From contig NC_000962.3 of the NCBI RefSeq assembly GCF_000195955.2, positions 1,560,001 through 1,592,000 on the forward strand: DNA of 32,000 nt. The letters are read 5' to 3'. The position numbers and the translations under genes are program-made. The stretch is from Mycobacterium tuberculosis H37Rv (lineage in GTDB: Bacteria; Actinomycetota; Actinomycetes; Mycobacteriales; Mycobacteriaceae). Shown here piece after piece: positions 17,613 through 27,771 of the stretch (its first letter is position 1; each line of letters begins with the position of its first letter). The notes below the pieces were generated by a model. It was not told where the DNA came from and ran no database searches. It saw nothing but the letters and a program-made list of their open reading frames with translations.

Positions 17613-19580
17613 ATGTTGTCGGTGCCGCACCTGGACCGCGACTTCGACTACTTGGTGCCCGCCGAACACTCCGACGATGCCCAGCCGGGGGTGCGGGTAC
17701 GGGTGCGGTTTCACGGTCGGCTGGTCGACGGGTTTGTCCTAGAGCGCCGCAGCGACAGCGATCACCACGGCAAGCTGGGCTGGCTGGATCGTGTGGTGTC
17801 GCCCGAACCGGTGCTCACCACGGAGATCCGCCGGTTGGTCGATGCGGTGGCGGCGCGCTACGCCGGGACCCGCCAGGACGTATTGCGGCTCGCAGTGCCC
17901 GCCCGGCACGCACGGGTGGAGCGGGAAATCACCACGGCCCCGGGTCGGCCGGTGGTAGCGCCGGTCGACCCGTCGGGTTGGGCGGCCTACGGTCGCGGTC
18001 GGCAATTCCTGGCCGCGCTGGCCGACTCGCGCGCTGCGCGGGCCGTTTGGCAGGCGCTACCGGGCGAGCTGTGGGCGGACCGATTCGCCGAGGCTGCCGC
18101 GCAGACCGTACGTGCCGGGCGCACGGTACTGGCGATCGTGCCCGATCAGCGGGATCTGGACACCCTGTGGCAGGCCGCGACGGCCCTCGTCGATGAGCAC
18201 AGTGTGGTAGCACTGTCGGCCGGCCTGGGCCCGGAGGCACGCTATCGGCGCTGGCTGGCCGCGTTGCGGGGCAGCGCGCGGCTGGTGATTGGCACCCGCA
18301 GCGCGGTGTTCGCGCCGTTGAGCGAGCTGGGCCTGGTCATGGTCTGGGCCGACGCCGACGACTCCCTGGCTGAGCCGCGGGCACCCTATCCGCACGCCCG
18401 TGAGGTGGCGATGCTGCGGGCGCATCAGGCGCGGTGCGCAGCGCTGATCGGCGGCTACGCCCGCACGGCCGAGGCCCACGCGCTGGTGCGTAGCGGCTGG
18501 GCGCACGACGTGGTTGCACCCCGGCCGGAGGTGCGTGCACGCTCTCCTCGCGTGGTTGCCCTCGACGACAGCGGATACGACGACGCGCGAGACCCGGCCG
18601 CCCGCACCGCACGGCTACCGTCCATCGCGCTGCGCGCCGCGCGCTCAGCGCTGCAGTCCGGGGCGCCGGTGCTGGTGCAGGTGCCGCGGCGCGGGTACAT
18701 CCCCTCGCTGGCCTGCGGGCGCTGCCGGGCGATCGCTCGTTGCCGGTCGTGCACGGGTCCGCTATCGCTGCAAGGCGCCGGCTCGCCCGGTGCGGTATGT
18801 CGCTGGTGTGGACGGGTGGACCCGACACTGCGATGCGTGCGCTGTGGGTCGGACGTGGTGCGTGCCGTGGTGGTGGGGGCCCGGCGCACTGCCGAAGAGC
18901 TCGGCCGGGCATTCCCGGGTACGGCGGTGATTACGTCGGCCGGCGACACCCTGGTGCCCCAGCTCGACGCCGGCCCAGCCCTGGTGGTCGCCACTCCAGG
19001 AGCCGAACCCCGGGCGCCCGGCGGGTATGGGGCGGCGCTGCTGCTGGATAGCTGGGCGCTGCTGGGCCGTCAAGACTTGCGCGCGGCCGAGGACGCGCTG
19101 TGGCGCTGGATGACGGCGGCCGCCCTGGTTCGGCCGCGCGGGGCGGGCGGTGTGGTGACCGTGGTCGCCGAATCGTCCATTCCGACAGTGCAATCGCTGA
19201 TCCGGTGGGATCCGGTCGGTCACGCGGAGGCCGAACTGGCAGCCCGAACCGAAGTCGGCCTGCCGCCAAGTGTGCACATCGCTGCTCTTGACGGCCCTGC
19301 CGGCACCGTGACGGCATTGCTGGAGGCGGCTCGGCTGCCCGACCCGGATCGCCTCCAAGCCGATCTGCTGGGCCCGGTGGACCTGCCACCCGGCGTCCGT
19401 CGCCCGGCGGGCATCCCCGCCGATGCGCCGGTCATCAGGATGTTGCTGCGGGTGTGCCGCGAGCAGGGCCTGGAGTTGGCGGCGAGTCTGCGGCGCGGCA
19501 TCGGTGTGCTCAGTGCGCGGCAAACCCGGCAAACCCGTAGCCTGGTTCGGGTACAGATTGACCCGCTGCATATCGGGTAA
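17613..19580 (+). CDS. priA: Primosomal protein N' PriA, actinobacterial type (655 aa from ATG 17613)
   Basis: LSVPHLDRDFDYLVPAEHSDDAQPGVRVRVRFHGRLVDGFVLERRSD is the PriA DNA-binding domain. LVIGTRSAVFAPLSELGLV and the Cys-rich zinc region CGRCRAIARCRSCTG...CRWCGRVDPTLRCVRCGSD are present. Confidence 0.9.
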   Translation: MLSVPHLDRDFDYLVPAEHSDDAQPGVRVRVRFHGRLVDGFVLERRSDSDHHGKLGWLDRVVSPEPVLTTEIRRLVDAVAARYAGTRQDVLRLAVPARHARVEREITTAPGRPVVAPVDPSGWAAYGRGRQFLAALADSRAARAVWQALPGELWADRFAEAAAQTVRAGRTVLAIVPDQRDLDTLWQAATALVDEHSVVALSAGLGPEARYRRWLAALRGSARLVIGTRSAVFAPLSELGLVMVWADADDSLAEPRAPYPHAREVAMLRAHQARCAALIGGYARTAEAHALVRSGWAHDVVAPRPEVRARSPRVVALDDSGYDDARDPAARTARLPSIALRAARSALQSGAPVLVQVPRRGYIPSLACGRCRAIARCRSCTGPLSLQGAGSPGAVCRWCGRVDPTLRCVRCGSDVVRAVVVGARRTAEELGRAFPGTAVITSAGDTLVPQLDAGPALVVATPGAEPRAPGGYGAALLLDSWALLGRQDLRAAEDALWRWMTAAALVRPRGAGGVVTVVAESSIPTVQSLIRWDPVGHAEAELAARTEVGLPPSVHIAALDGPAGTVTALLEAARLPDPDRLQADLLGPVDLPPGVRRPAGIPADAPVIRMLLRVCREQGLELAASLRRGIGVLSARQTRQTRSLVRVQIDPLHIG

Positions 19581-19597
19581 ACGGAGTAACCGCTAGC

Positions 19598-20422
19598 TCA
19601 ACACTTCCGGGCGGTGAAGATAAGGTATTCCCACTGCATCACGCCGTCGCAGAGGTATTCGCGACAAAGTTCGGTGATTTCGGCGTCGAGTGTGGCGACG
19701 CACTCGGGGCTGTCGGCGATGGAGCGGTAGGCGTTGATCGCCGGGCCGTAGAAATTCTTGAAATAGTCGCGACATTCGTCCGGGCAACCGAACCGGTCCA
19801 CTGTCAGCGATCCTCGCCGGGTACGGATGTCGGACACATGGTCGCGAAACAGGCCACTCACGTAATCCTCGCTTCCCCACCACACCTCGTGCGGCGCTCC
19901 CGCCGGCAGCGTCGGCCGGTACGGTCTGATGGTGGACAGCAATTTGCCGTAGAAACCCTCGGGGGTCCAGTTCAGGGTGCTGATCTTGCCGCCGCGCCGG
20001 CAGACCCGGGCCAGTTCGTCGGCGGTGCGCTGATGACGCGGGGCGAACATCACCCCGATGGTCGAGAGCACCGCATCGAATTCGCCGGCGCTAAACGGGA
20101 GGGCTTCTGCGTTGGCTTCCCGCCAGCCGAGCTCCAGTCCGGCTGCCGCAGCACGCGCCTGGGCGCGGCGCAGCAGCTCGGGCGTCAGGTCGCTGGCAGT
20201 GACGTGGGCACCTGCCATGGCTGCCGGGATCGATACGTTGCCCGAGCCCGCGGCCACGTCAAGCACGCGATCGCCGCGGCGAATACCGCTGGTGGAGACT
20301 AGGATTGGGCCAAGCGGGGCCAACAGCTCCTCGGCGATGGCGGCGTAGTCGCCCAATGCCCACATTTGCCGATGCGTGGTCGCCGGCGCCTGGCGCTCGC
20401 TGGTGGGTGTGTAGACAGTCAT
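19598..20422 (-). CDS. SAM-dependent class I methyltransferase (274 aa, Rv1403c-like)
   Basis: Motif I VLDVAAGSGNVSIPAA, ASDLTPELLRRAQARA, and the motif region ANAEALPFSAGEFDAVLSTIGVMFAP. Confidence 0.9.
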   Translation of the reverse strand: MTVYTPTSERQAPATTHRQMWALGDYAAIAEELLAPLGPILVSTSGIRRGDRVLDVAAGSGNVSIPAAMAGAHVTASDLTPELLRRAQARAAAAGLELGWREANAEALPFSAGEFDAVLSTIGVMFAPRHQRTADELARVCRRGGKISTLNWTPEGFYGKLLSTIRPYRPTLPAGAPHEVWWGSEDYVSGLFRDHVSDIRTRRGSLTVDRFGCPDECRDYFKNFYGPAINAYRSIADSPECVATLDAEITELCREYLCDGVMQWEYLIFTARKC

Positions 20423-20476
20423 CGGAACTCCTGCGAGACGTCGGGTGAGGCTGGTACCGAATTGTGTCAGCAGACA

Positions 20477-20498
20477 ACAGTATACGTTCTAAATAATC
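20477..20498. promoter_or_regulatory. Candidate regulatory motif copy A (shared with 22072-22093)
   Basis: ACAGTATACGTTCTAAATAATC shares about 16 of 22 positions with ACAGTATGCATCAGAAATAGTG upstream of the second methyltransferase. Confidence 0.4.
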
Positions 20499-20590
20499 AA
20501 TGTCGACGATGGTCAGATGCTAGACTTTCCTGACTTACCCGCACGGTGTACGACGAAGTTGACGCCGGGGACGGCCCCGGGAAAGGGGTA

Positions 20591-21073
20591 ATGATGCCAA
20601 CGGAATATCCGGCGACAGCCGAGGAATCCGTGGACGTGATCACCGATGCATTGCTGACGGCGTCCCGGTTGCTGGTAGCCATCTCGGCCCATTCAATCGC
20701 TCAGGTCGATGAAAACATCACCATCCCGCAGTTCCGGACCCTGGTGATTTTGTCTAATCACGGTCCGATTAACCTGGCTACGCTGGCGACGTTGCTGGGT
20801 GTGCAACCGTCGGCCACCGGCCGCATGGTCGACCGGTTGGTCGGCGCCGAACTGATCGACCGGTTACCGCACCCCACCTCTCGACGGGAGCTGCTGGCGG
20901 CGCTGACCAAGCGTGGACGAGATGTCGTCCGTCAGGTCACCGAGCACCGGCGCACCGAGATCGCCCGCATCGTGGAACAGATGGCACCGGCGGAACGCCA
21001 TGGGCTGGTGCGTGCCCTGACGGCGTTCACCGAGGCGGGCGGTGAGCCCGACGCACGCTACGAAATCGAGTAG
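20591..21073 (+). CDS. MarR-family transcriptional regulator (160 aa, Rv1404-like)
   Basis: ITIPQFRTLVILSNHGPINLATLATLLGVQPSATGRMVDRLVGAELIDRLPHPTSRRELLAALTKRGRDVV is a canonical MarR winged helix-turn-helix. Confidence 0.92.
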   Translation: MMPTEYPATAEESVDVITDALLTASRLLVAISAHSIAQVDENITIPQFRTLVILSNHGPINLATLATLLGVQPSATGRMVDRLVGAELIDRLPHPTSRRELLAALTKRGRDVVRQVTEHRRTEIARIVEQMAPAERHGLVRALTAFTEAGGEPDARYEIE

Positions 21074-21084
21074 CTAGCGGCCGA

Positions 21085-21131
21085 GCCCGTGTCGGGCCGT
21101 CCGTTACGTGCTGGGACGACCCGACACAGGC
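21085..21131 (-). terminator. Imperfect 18-bp inverted repeat, candidate terminator between convergent genes
   Basis: GCCCGTGTCGGGCCGTCC (21085-21102) and GGACGACCCGACACAGGC (21114-21131) pair at 16 of 18 positions on the + strand. On the - strand transcript the two mismatches become G-U wobbles. Confidence 0.6.
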
Positions 21132-21144
21132 CGGATTGCCCGCC

Positions 21145-21969
21145 TCAGCGCTTTTCGGCGGTGAGCAGCAGGTACTCCCATTCCATGACACCGTCCGACA
21201 GGTATTGCGCTGCGAGTTCGACAAGCTGGCGGTCGAGCTCGGCGGCCAGCACCGCGTTGTCACCGATGTGCGCGTAGGCCTCGATCGTCGGGCCATAGTT
21301 GTTCTTGAAGTAGTCGTGGACGGCCTGGGCGGTGTCGAACCGCTTCACTTCCAACAAGCCACGGGCCGTCTTGAGGCCAGTGACTCCATCGCCCAGCAGA
21401 CCAGTGACATAGGCCTCACGTCCCCACAACGCCGACGGCGGCAGATCCGCCGACACGCTGGGCCGGTATGGCCTAATGGTTGCCAGCATCCGGCCGAAGA
21501 ATCCCTCGCACGTCCAGCTGATCACACCGATCGTCCCGCCAGGCCGGCAGACGCGGACCAGCTCGTCGGCCGCGGCCTGATGATCCGGTGCGAACATCAC
21601 GCCGATCGCTGAGATCACCGTGTCGAACTCGTCGTCGGCAAACGGCAGGGCTTGCGCGTTGGCTTCCTGGTATTGCAGGGTCAGCCCCTGTTGGGCGGCC
21701 CTGGCCTGGGACCGCTGCAGCAGCTCGGGCGTCAGGTCGGTGGAAATGACCGTGGCACCCGTCTTGGCTGCGGGCAGCGAAATATTGCCAGAGCCAGCGG
21801 CGACGTCGAGCACCCGAACACCCGGCCCGATGCCCGCGGCGGCAACCAGGATCGGGCCGAGTGGCGCCATCACCTCTTCTGCCATCAGGGCGTAGTCACC
21901 CAGGGCCCACATCGCCCGGTGTGTGGCCGCAAGCGTTTGGTCCTCGCGAGCAGGTGTGTCGATAGTCAT
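21145..21969 (-). CDS. SAM-dependent class I methyltransferase (274 aa, Rv1405c-like), paralog of the 19598-20422 gene
   Basis: VRVLDVAAGSGNISLPAAKTGATVISTDLTPELLQRSQARAAQQGLTLQYQEANAQALPFADDEFDTVISAIGVMFAPDHQAAADELVRVCRPGG. Confidence 0.9.
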   Translation of the reverse strand: MTIDTPAREDQTLAATHRAMWALGDYALMAEEVMAPLGPILVAAAGIGPGVRVLDVAAGSGNISLPAAKTGATVISTDLTPELLQRSQARAAQQGLTLQYQEANAQALPFADDEFDTVISAIGVMFAPDHQAAADELVRVCRPGGTIGVISWTCEGFFGRMLATIRPYRPSVSADLPPSALWGREAYVTGLLGDGVTGLKTARGLLEVKRFDTAQAVHDYFKNNYGPTIEAYAHIGDNAVLAAELDRQLVELAAQYLSDGVMEWEYLLLTAEKR

Positions 21970-22067
21970 CAGGTCTCCTGAGAAGTAAGTGATGTGGCTG
22001 CGAACTTCGACATCGTTGTCGCGGGCACGGCGGGAGCCTGGGCAGTAGCGTGCCTTGCGTACCCACC

Positions 22068-22099
22068 GGATACAGTATGCATCAGAAATAGTGTATTCC
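22068..22099. promoter_or_regulatory. Candidate regulatory motif copy B with imperfect dyad, upstream of the Rv1405c-like methyltransferase
   Basis: GGATACAGTATGCATCAGAAATAGTGTATTCC. The outer arms GGATACAGTAT and ATAGTGTATTCC form an imperfect inverted repeat. Confidence 0.45.
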
Positions 22100-22165
22100 T
22101 CTAACTATCGCGCGTGTCGGAATTGTGGCCCACGCCACGTCGGCGGCGCTTCTTAGACTGGGCGC

Positions 22166-23104
22166 GTGCGCCTTGTCTTTGCCGGCACCCCCGAACCCGC
22201 GCTGGCCTCGCTGCGCAGGCTCATCGAATCGCCCAGTCACGACGTGATCGCCGTGTTGACCCGTCCGGATGCCGCCTCCGGCCGGCGGGGCAAGCCGCAG
22301 CCGTCACCGGTGGCCCGTGAGGCGGCAGAGCGCGGCATTCCGGTGCTGCGGCCATCGCGACCGAACTCGGCAGAGTTCGTCGCCGAACTGTCGGATCTGG
22401 CGCCAGAGTGCTGCGCCGTGGTTGCCTACGGAGCCCTGCTCGGCGGTCCCTTGCTGGCCGTGCCGCCGCATGGCTGGGTCAACCTGCACTTCTCGCTGCT
22501 GCCGGCCTGGCGTGGCGCGGCGCCGGTGCAGGCCGCCATCGCCGCGGGAGACACGATCACCGGAGCCACGACGTTCCAGATTGAGCCAAGCCTGGACTCG
22601 GGACCGATATACGGTGTCGTCACCGAGGTGATCCAGCCGACCGACACCGCGGGCGATCTACTTAAGCGACTGGCGGTATCGGGGGCAGCGCTGCTATCGA
22701 CCACGCTGGATGGCATCGCCGATCAGCGGCTGACGCCGCGGCCGCAACCGGCAGACGGGGTCAGCGTGGCGCCGAAAATCACCGTAGCGAATGCCCGGGT
22801 GCGATGGGACTTGCCGGCGGCGGTCGTGGAGCGGCGGATCCGCGCCGTCACTCCCAACCCCGGCGCCTGGACGCTCATCGGTGACTTACGGGTCAAACTT
22901 GGACCGGTGCACCTCGACGCCGCTCACCGGCCATCGAAGCCCTTGCCGCCCGGTGGAATCCACGTGGAACGCACGAGCGTGTGGATCGGCACCGGCTCGG
23001 AACCGGTGCGGCTGGGCCAGATTCAGCCGCCCGGCAAGAAACTCATGAACGCGGCCGACTGGGCGCGGGGCGCACGGCTGGACCTGGCCGCACGGGCAAC
23101 ATGA
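22166..23104 (+). CDS. fmt: Methionyl-tRNA formyltransferase (312 aa)
   Basis: [22 protein letters not shown] and [45 protein letters not shown]. Confidence 0.95.
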
Positions 23105-24474
23105 CCCCTAGATCGCGTGGGCCGCGCCGCCGGCCGCTGGACCCGGCGCGTCGTGCGGCCTTCGAGACGCTGCGGGCGGTTAGTGCGCGCGACGCCTACG
23201 CGAACCTGGTGTTGCCCGCGCTGCTGGCCCAACGCGGTATCGGCGGTCGCGACGCCGCGTTCGCCACCGAGCTGACATACGGCACCTGCCGAGCCCGCGG
23301 CCTGCTCGACGCGGTCATCGGTGCGGCCGCCGAGCGTTCGCCGCAGGCGATCGATCCGGTGCTGCTAGACCTGTTGCGGCTCGGCACCTACCAATTGCTG
23401 CGCACGCGGGTCGACGCACACGCCGCAGTGTCGACCACCGTCGAGCAGGCCGGAATCGAATTCGATTCGGCGCGAGCAGGTTTCGTCAACGGTGTACTAC
23501 GAACGATCGCCGGCCGAGACGAGCGGTCCTGGGTTGGCGAACTCGCTCCTGATGCGCAGAACGATCCGATCGGGCATGCCGCGTTCGTGCATGCGCATCC
23601 CCGATGGATCGCCCAGGCCTTTGCTGACGCGTTGGGCGCGGCGGTCGGGGAGCTCGAGGCAGTTTTGGCCAGCGACGACGAACGGCCAGCGGTGCACCTG
23701 GCGGCACGCCCCGGGGTGCTGACCGCCGGCGAACTGGCCCGCGCGGTGCGCGGAACCGTCGGTCGGTATTCGCCGTTTGCGGTGTATCTGCCGCGCGGTG
23801 ACCCGGGGCGACTGGCGCCGGTGCGCGACGGCCAAGCGCTGGTCCAGGACGAGGGCAGCCAGTTAGTCGCCCGAGCATTGACCCTGGCGCCAGTCGACGG
23901 CGATACCGGACGGTGGCTGGACCTGTGTGCCGGACCGGGCGGCAAGACCGCGCTGTTGGCCGGGCTGGGTTTGCAGTGCGCAGCCCGGGTGACCGCGGTG
24001 GAACCCTCGCCACACCGCGCGGACCTGGTAGCACAGAACACCCGCGGGCTGCCGGTTGAGCTCTTGCGTGTCGACGGGCGGCACACCGACCTCGACCCGG
24101 GTTTCGACCGGGTGCTGGTGGATGCGCCCTGCACCGGGCTGGGCGCGTTACGCCGTCGGCCGGAGGCCCGTTGGCGTCGTCAGCCGGCGGACGTAGCGGC
24201 ACTGGCCAAGCTACAACGCGAGTTGTTGAGCGCCGCCATCGCGCTGACTCGGCCCGGCGGTGTCGTGCTCTATGCCACATGCTCGCCGCACCTGGCCGAG
24301 ACTGTGGGTGCTGTCGCCGACGCGCTACGCCGACATCCGGTTCACGCGCTCGATACCCGCCCACTGTTCGAGCCGGTGATCGCGGGGCTGGGGGAGGGGC
24401 CCCACGTTCAGCTGTGGCCGCACCGGCACGGTACCGACGCCATGTTCGCCGCGGCGTTGCGCCGCCTGACGTGA
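23101..24474 (+). CDS. 16S rRNA m5C methyltransferase RsmB/Fmu-like (457 aa, Rv1407-like)
   Basis: N-terminal NusB-like domain ([33 protein letters not shown]), [51 protein letters not shown] overlap with fmt. Confidence 0.93.
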
Positions 24475-24498
24475 GGTTCGCCGCAGCGGCTCAGTAAT

Positions 24499-25197
24499 GT
24501 GTCGCTCATGGCCGGTAGCACGGGGGGACCGCTGATAGCGCCGTCGATCCTAGCCGCTGATTTCGCCAGACTCGCGGACGAAGCGGCCGCGGTCAACGGC
24601 GCCGACTGGTTGCATGTAGACGTGATGGACGGTCACTTCGTGCCAAACCTGACCATCGGCCTGCCGGTGGTGGAGAGCCTGCTGGCGGTCACCGACATCC
24701 CGATGGATTGCCATCTAATGATCGACAACCCGGACCGGTGGGCTCCGCCGTATGCCGAGGCGGGCGCCTACAACGTCACCTTCCACGCGGAGGCCACCGA
24801 CAACCCGGTCGGCGTGGCCCGCGATATCCGGGCCGCGGGGGCCAAAGCCGGGATCAGCGTGAAGCCGGGGACCCCGCTGGAGCCATACCTGGACATCCTG
24901 CCCCATTTCGACACCCTGCTCGTCATGTCGGTAGAGCCTGGCTTCGGTGGCCAGCGGTTCATTCCCGAGGTGCTGAGCAAGGTGCGTGCGGTGCGCAAGA
25001 TGGTCGACGCGGGCGAGCTGACGATCCTGGTCGAGATCGACGGCGGCATCAACGACGACACGATTGAGCAGGCTGCCGAGGCCGGCGTCGACTGCTTTGT
25101 CGCCGGATCGGCGGTGTACGGCGCCGATGACCCGGCCGCGGCGGTTGCGGCACTACGGCGACAGGCCGGTGCCGCCTCACTCCACCTGAGCCTATGA
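24499..25197 (+). CDS. rpe: Ribulose-phosphate 3-epimerase (232 aa)
   Basis: [77 protein letters not shown]. Confidence 0.96.
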   Translation: MSLMAGSTGGPLIAPSILAADFARLADEAAAVNGADWLHVDVMDGHFVPNLTIGLPVVESLLAVTDIPMDCHLMIDNPDRWAPPYAEAGAYNVTFHAEATDNPVGVARDIRAAGAKAGISVKPGTPLEPYLDILPHFDTLLVMSVEPGFGGQRFIPEVLSKVRAVRKMVDAGELTILVEIDGGINDDTIEQAAEAGVDCFVAGSAVYGADDPAAAVAALRRQAGAASLHLSL

Positions 25198-26213
25198 ACG
25201 TGGAGCAGGTCAAGAGCATCGACGAGGCTATGGGTCTCGCCATCGAGCACTCCTACCAGGTCAAAGGCACGACTTATCCAAAACCCCCAGTGGGGGCCGT
25301 CATTGTGGATCCCAACGGTCGGATCGTCGGCGCCGGCGGCACCGAGCCGGCCGGTGGCGATCATGCCGAGGTGGTGGCGCTGCGCCGGGCCGGCGGATTG
25401 GCTGCCGGCGCCATCGTGGTGGTCACCATGGAACCCTGTAACCACTACGGCAAGACTCCGCCATGCGTGAACGCTCTGATCGAAGCCAGGGTGGGGACGG
25501 TGGTCTACGCCGTCGCCGACCCGAACGGGATCGCTGGGGGTGGCGCGGGCCGGCTGTCAGCAGCGGGCCTACAGGTGCGGTCCGGGGTGTTGGCTGAACA
25601 GGTGGCGGCCGGACCGCTGCGGGAGTGGCTCCACAAGCAACGCACCGGTCTGCCGCATGTCACCTGGAAGTACGCCACCAGCATCGACGGCCGCAGCGCC
25701 GCCGCCGACGGCTCCAGCCAGTGGATCTCCAGCGAGGCCGCACGCCTGGATCTGCATCGCCGCCGCGCCATCGCCGACGCGATCTTGGTCGGCACCGGCA
25801 CCGTCCTCGCCGACGACCCGGCCCTGACCGCGCGGCTGGCCGACGGCTCGCTGGCGCCGCAGCAGCCGCTGCGCGTGGTGGTGGGCAAGCGCGACATACC
25901 GCCGGAAGCACGGGTCCTCAACGACGAGGCACGCACCATGATGATCCGCACCCACGAACCTATGGAGGTGCTCAGGGCGTTGTCGGATCGCACCGACGTG
26001 CTGCTGGAAGGAGGTCCCACCCTCGCCGGCGCCTTCCTACGAGCGGGTGCGATCAACCGGATCCTGGCCTACGTCGCACCGATCCTGTTGGGCGGTCCGG
26101 TTACCGCGGTCGATGACGTCGGGGTGTCCAACATCACCAACGCGTTGCGTTGGCAGTTCGACAGCGTCGAAAAGGTCGGACCGGATCTGTTGCTGAGCTT
26201 GGTGGCTCGTTAG
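25194..26213 (+). CDS. ribG: Bifunctional diaminohydroxyphosphoribosylaminopyrimidine deaminase/5-amino-6-(5-phosphoribosylamino)uracil reductase (339 aa)
   Basis: Deaminase motif [11 protein letters not shown]...[22 protein letters not shown], and reductase domain [52 protein letters not shown]. Confidence 0.95.
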
Positions 26214-27766
26214 AGCGGCTCCACTTGGGGCGCCAGGGTCGGTTGCTCCTGGACTTCCGGTTCATCGGCATGTTCCTTGCGGCCGCTGATCAACAGACCT
26301 AGCACCGCGCCGAACACGCACACGATCGCGGTGATGGTGAATATCTCGCCGTACATCAGCGCGAACGCCTGCTGGTACCGGGCTCCAATTGCGGCCGCGC
26401 GCTCGAGCAGGCTGGCGTTGGGCGGGATGGCCGCCGACAACCCCGCCAGGATCTGGTTGAACCGGTACAACCCCCAGGCGCTCAGCGCGGCCACGCCGAT
26501 CAACATGCCGGTCATCCGGGCGACCACCACCGCCGCCGAAGCGATGCCGTGCTGGGCCGACGGGACAACCCGTAGGGTGGCCGACGATAGCGGCCCGATC
26601 ACCAGCCCCAACCCTAAACCAGCCACCACCAGGTCGGTGTGCATCGCCGGCACGGTGAACAATCCGAGGATGTTGTGCCGATCGGCCAACAGGTCCACCG
26701 GCCAGTGGGAAATAAGCCAGTAACCGTACGCCGCAATAAGCAGTCCGGCAAAGGCCACCGCACGGTCACCGGCCCTGGTGGCGATCCACCCGCCCGTCAC
26801 TGCCCCGATCGGTAGGGCGATAAGGAACCACAGCAGCATTCCGGCCGCCTGAGCCTGGTCCATCTGCAGCACGCCCTGGCCGAACAGCTCGACATCAACC
26901 AGCGTCACCATCAGCGCCGCGCCGGCGGCGACGGAGGCACCCAGCGCGGACAGGAACGGCCGGAAGTGCACACCGGCCGGGTCGATCAGCCGGGTGCGAG
27001 CGAAACGTTCCCAACCGAAGAACGCCACCGCGGCAACGAGAGCGCCGACCAGCAACGGAGCCCCGTAGTCCGGCAGTACGTGTTTGCCGTCGGGATTGGG
27101 GTTGTACAGCCCGATGACGGCGAGGCCCAACGCGAGTGCCAGCAGCAGACCACCGACCAGGTCGACTCGCTCGGGCTCCGTGCTGCGGTCGTGTGAGGGC
27201 AGGCTGAAGTGGATCATTACCATGGCGATCGCGGTCAACGGGACGTTGATCCAGAACACGTCACGCCAGTCGTGCAATAGCCAAACGATGAAGATTCCGT
27301 ACAACGGGCCCAGAACGCTGCCGAGCTCCTGCGCGGCGCCGATACCGCCGAGCACGCCGGCGCGGTTGCGCTGCGACCACAAATCGGCGCCCAGCGCCAG
27401 CGTGATCGGCAATAGCGCGCCGCTGGCAACACCCTGGATCGTGCGGCCCGCGATCAGCATGTGGAAATCGCCAAAATGCCCGGCCAGCGCGGTCACTACC
27501 GAGCCGATGATGAACCCGGCCAGGCTGACCTGCAGCATCAGCTTGCGCCCGAATCGGTCGGAAGCCCGGCCCAGCAACGGCATGGCGGCGATGTAGCCCA
27601 GGAGGTACATCGTGACGATCCAGGTGATCCGGTGGAGTTGGTTGATCGGTATACCAACGCTGTTCATGATGTCGCGCATGATGGTGACCACGACATAGGT
27701 GTCCAGGGCGCCCAGCAGTACTGCCAGGCTGCCCGCGCTAATCGCGACTCGACGTCCTGCTCGCAT
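26210..27766 (-). CDS. p55: MFS multidrug efflux transporter P55 (518 aa)
   Basis: [33 protein letters not shown]...[23 protein letters not shown] is an MFS DHA2-type motif. Operonic with lprG upstream on the same strand. The ORF-track start at 28126 overlaps lprG and is not needed. Confidence 0.93.
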
Positions 27767-27771
27767 GCTGA

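Noticed and set aside
23388-24364. 248-aa and 292-aa minus-strand ORFs antisense to the rsmB/fmu-like gene
   Set aside because: Ser/Arg/Pro-rich shadow translations. The plus strand encodes conserved methyltransferase motifs.
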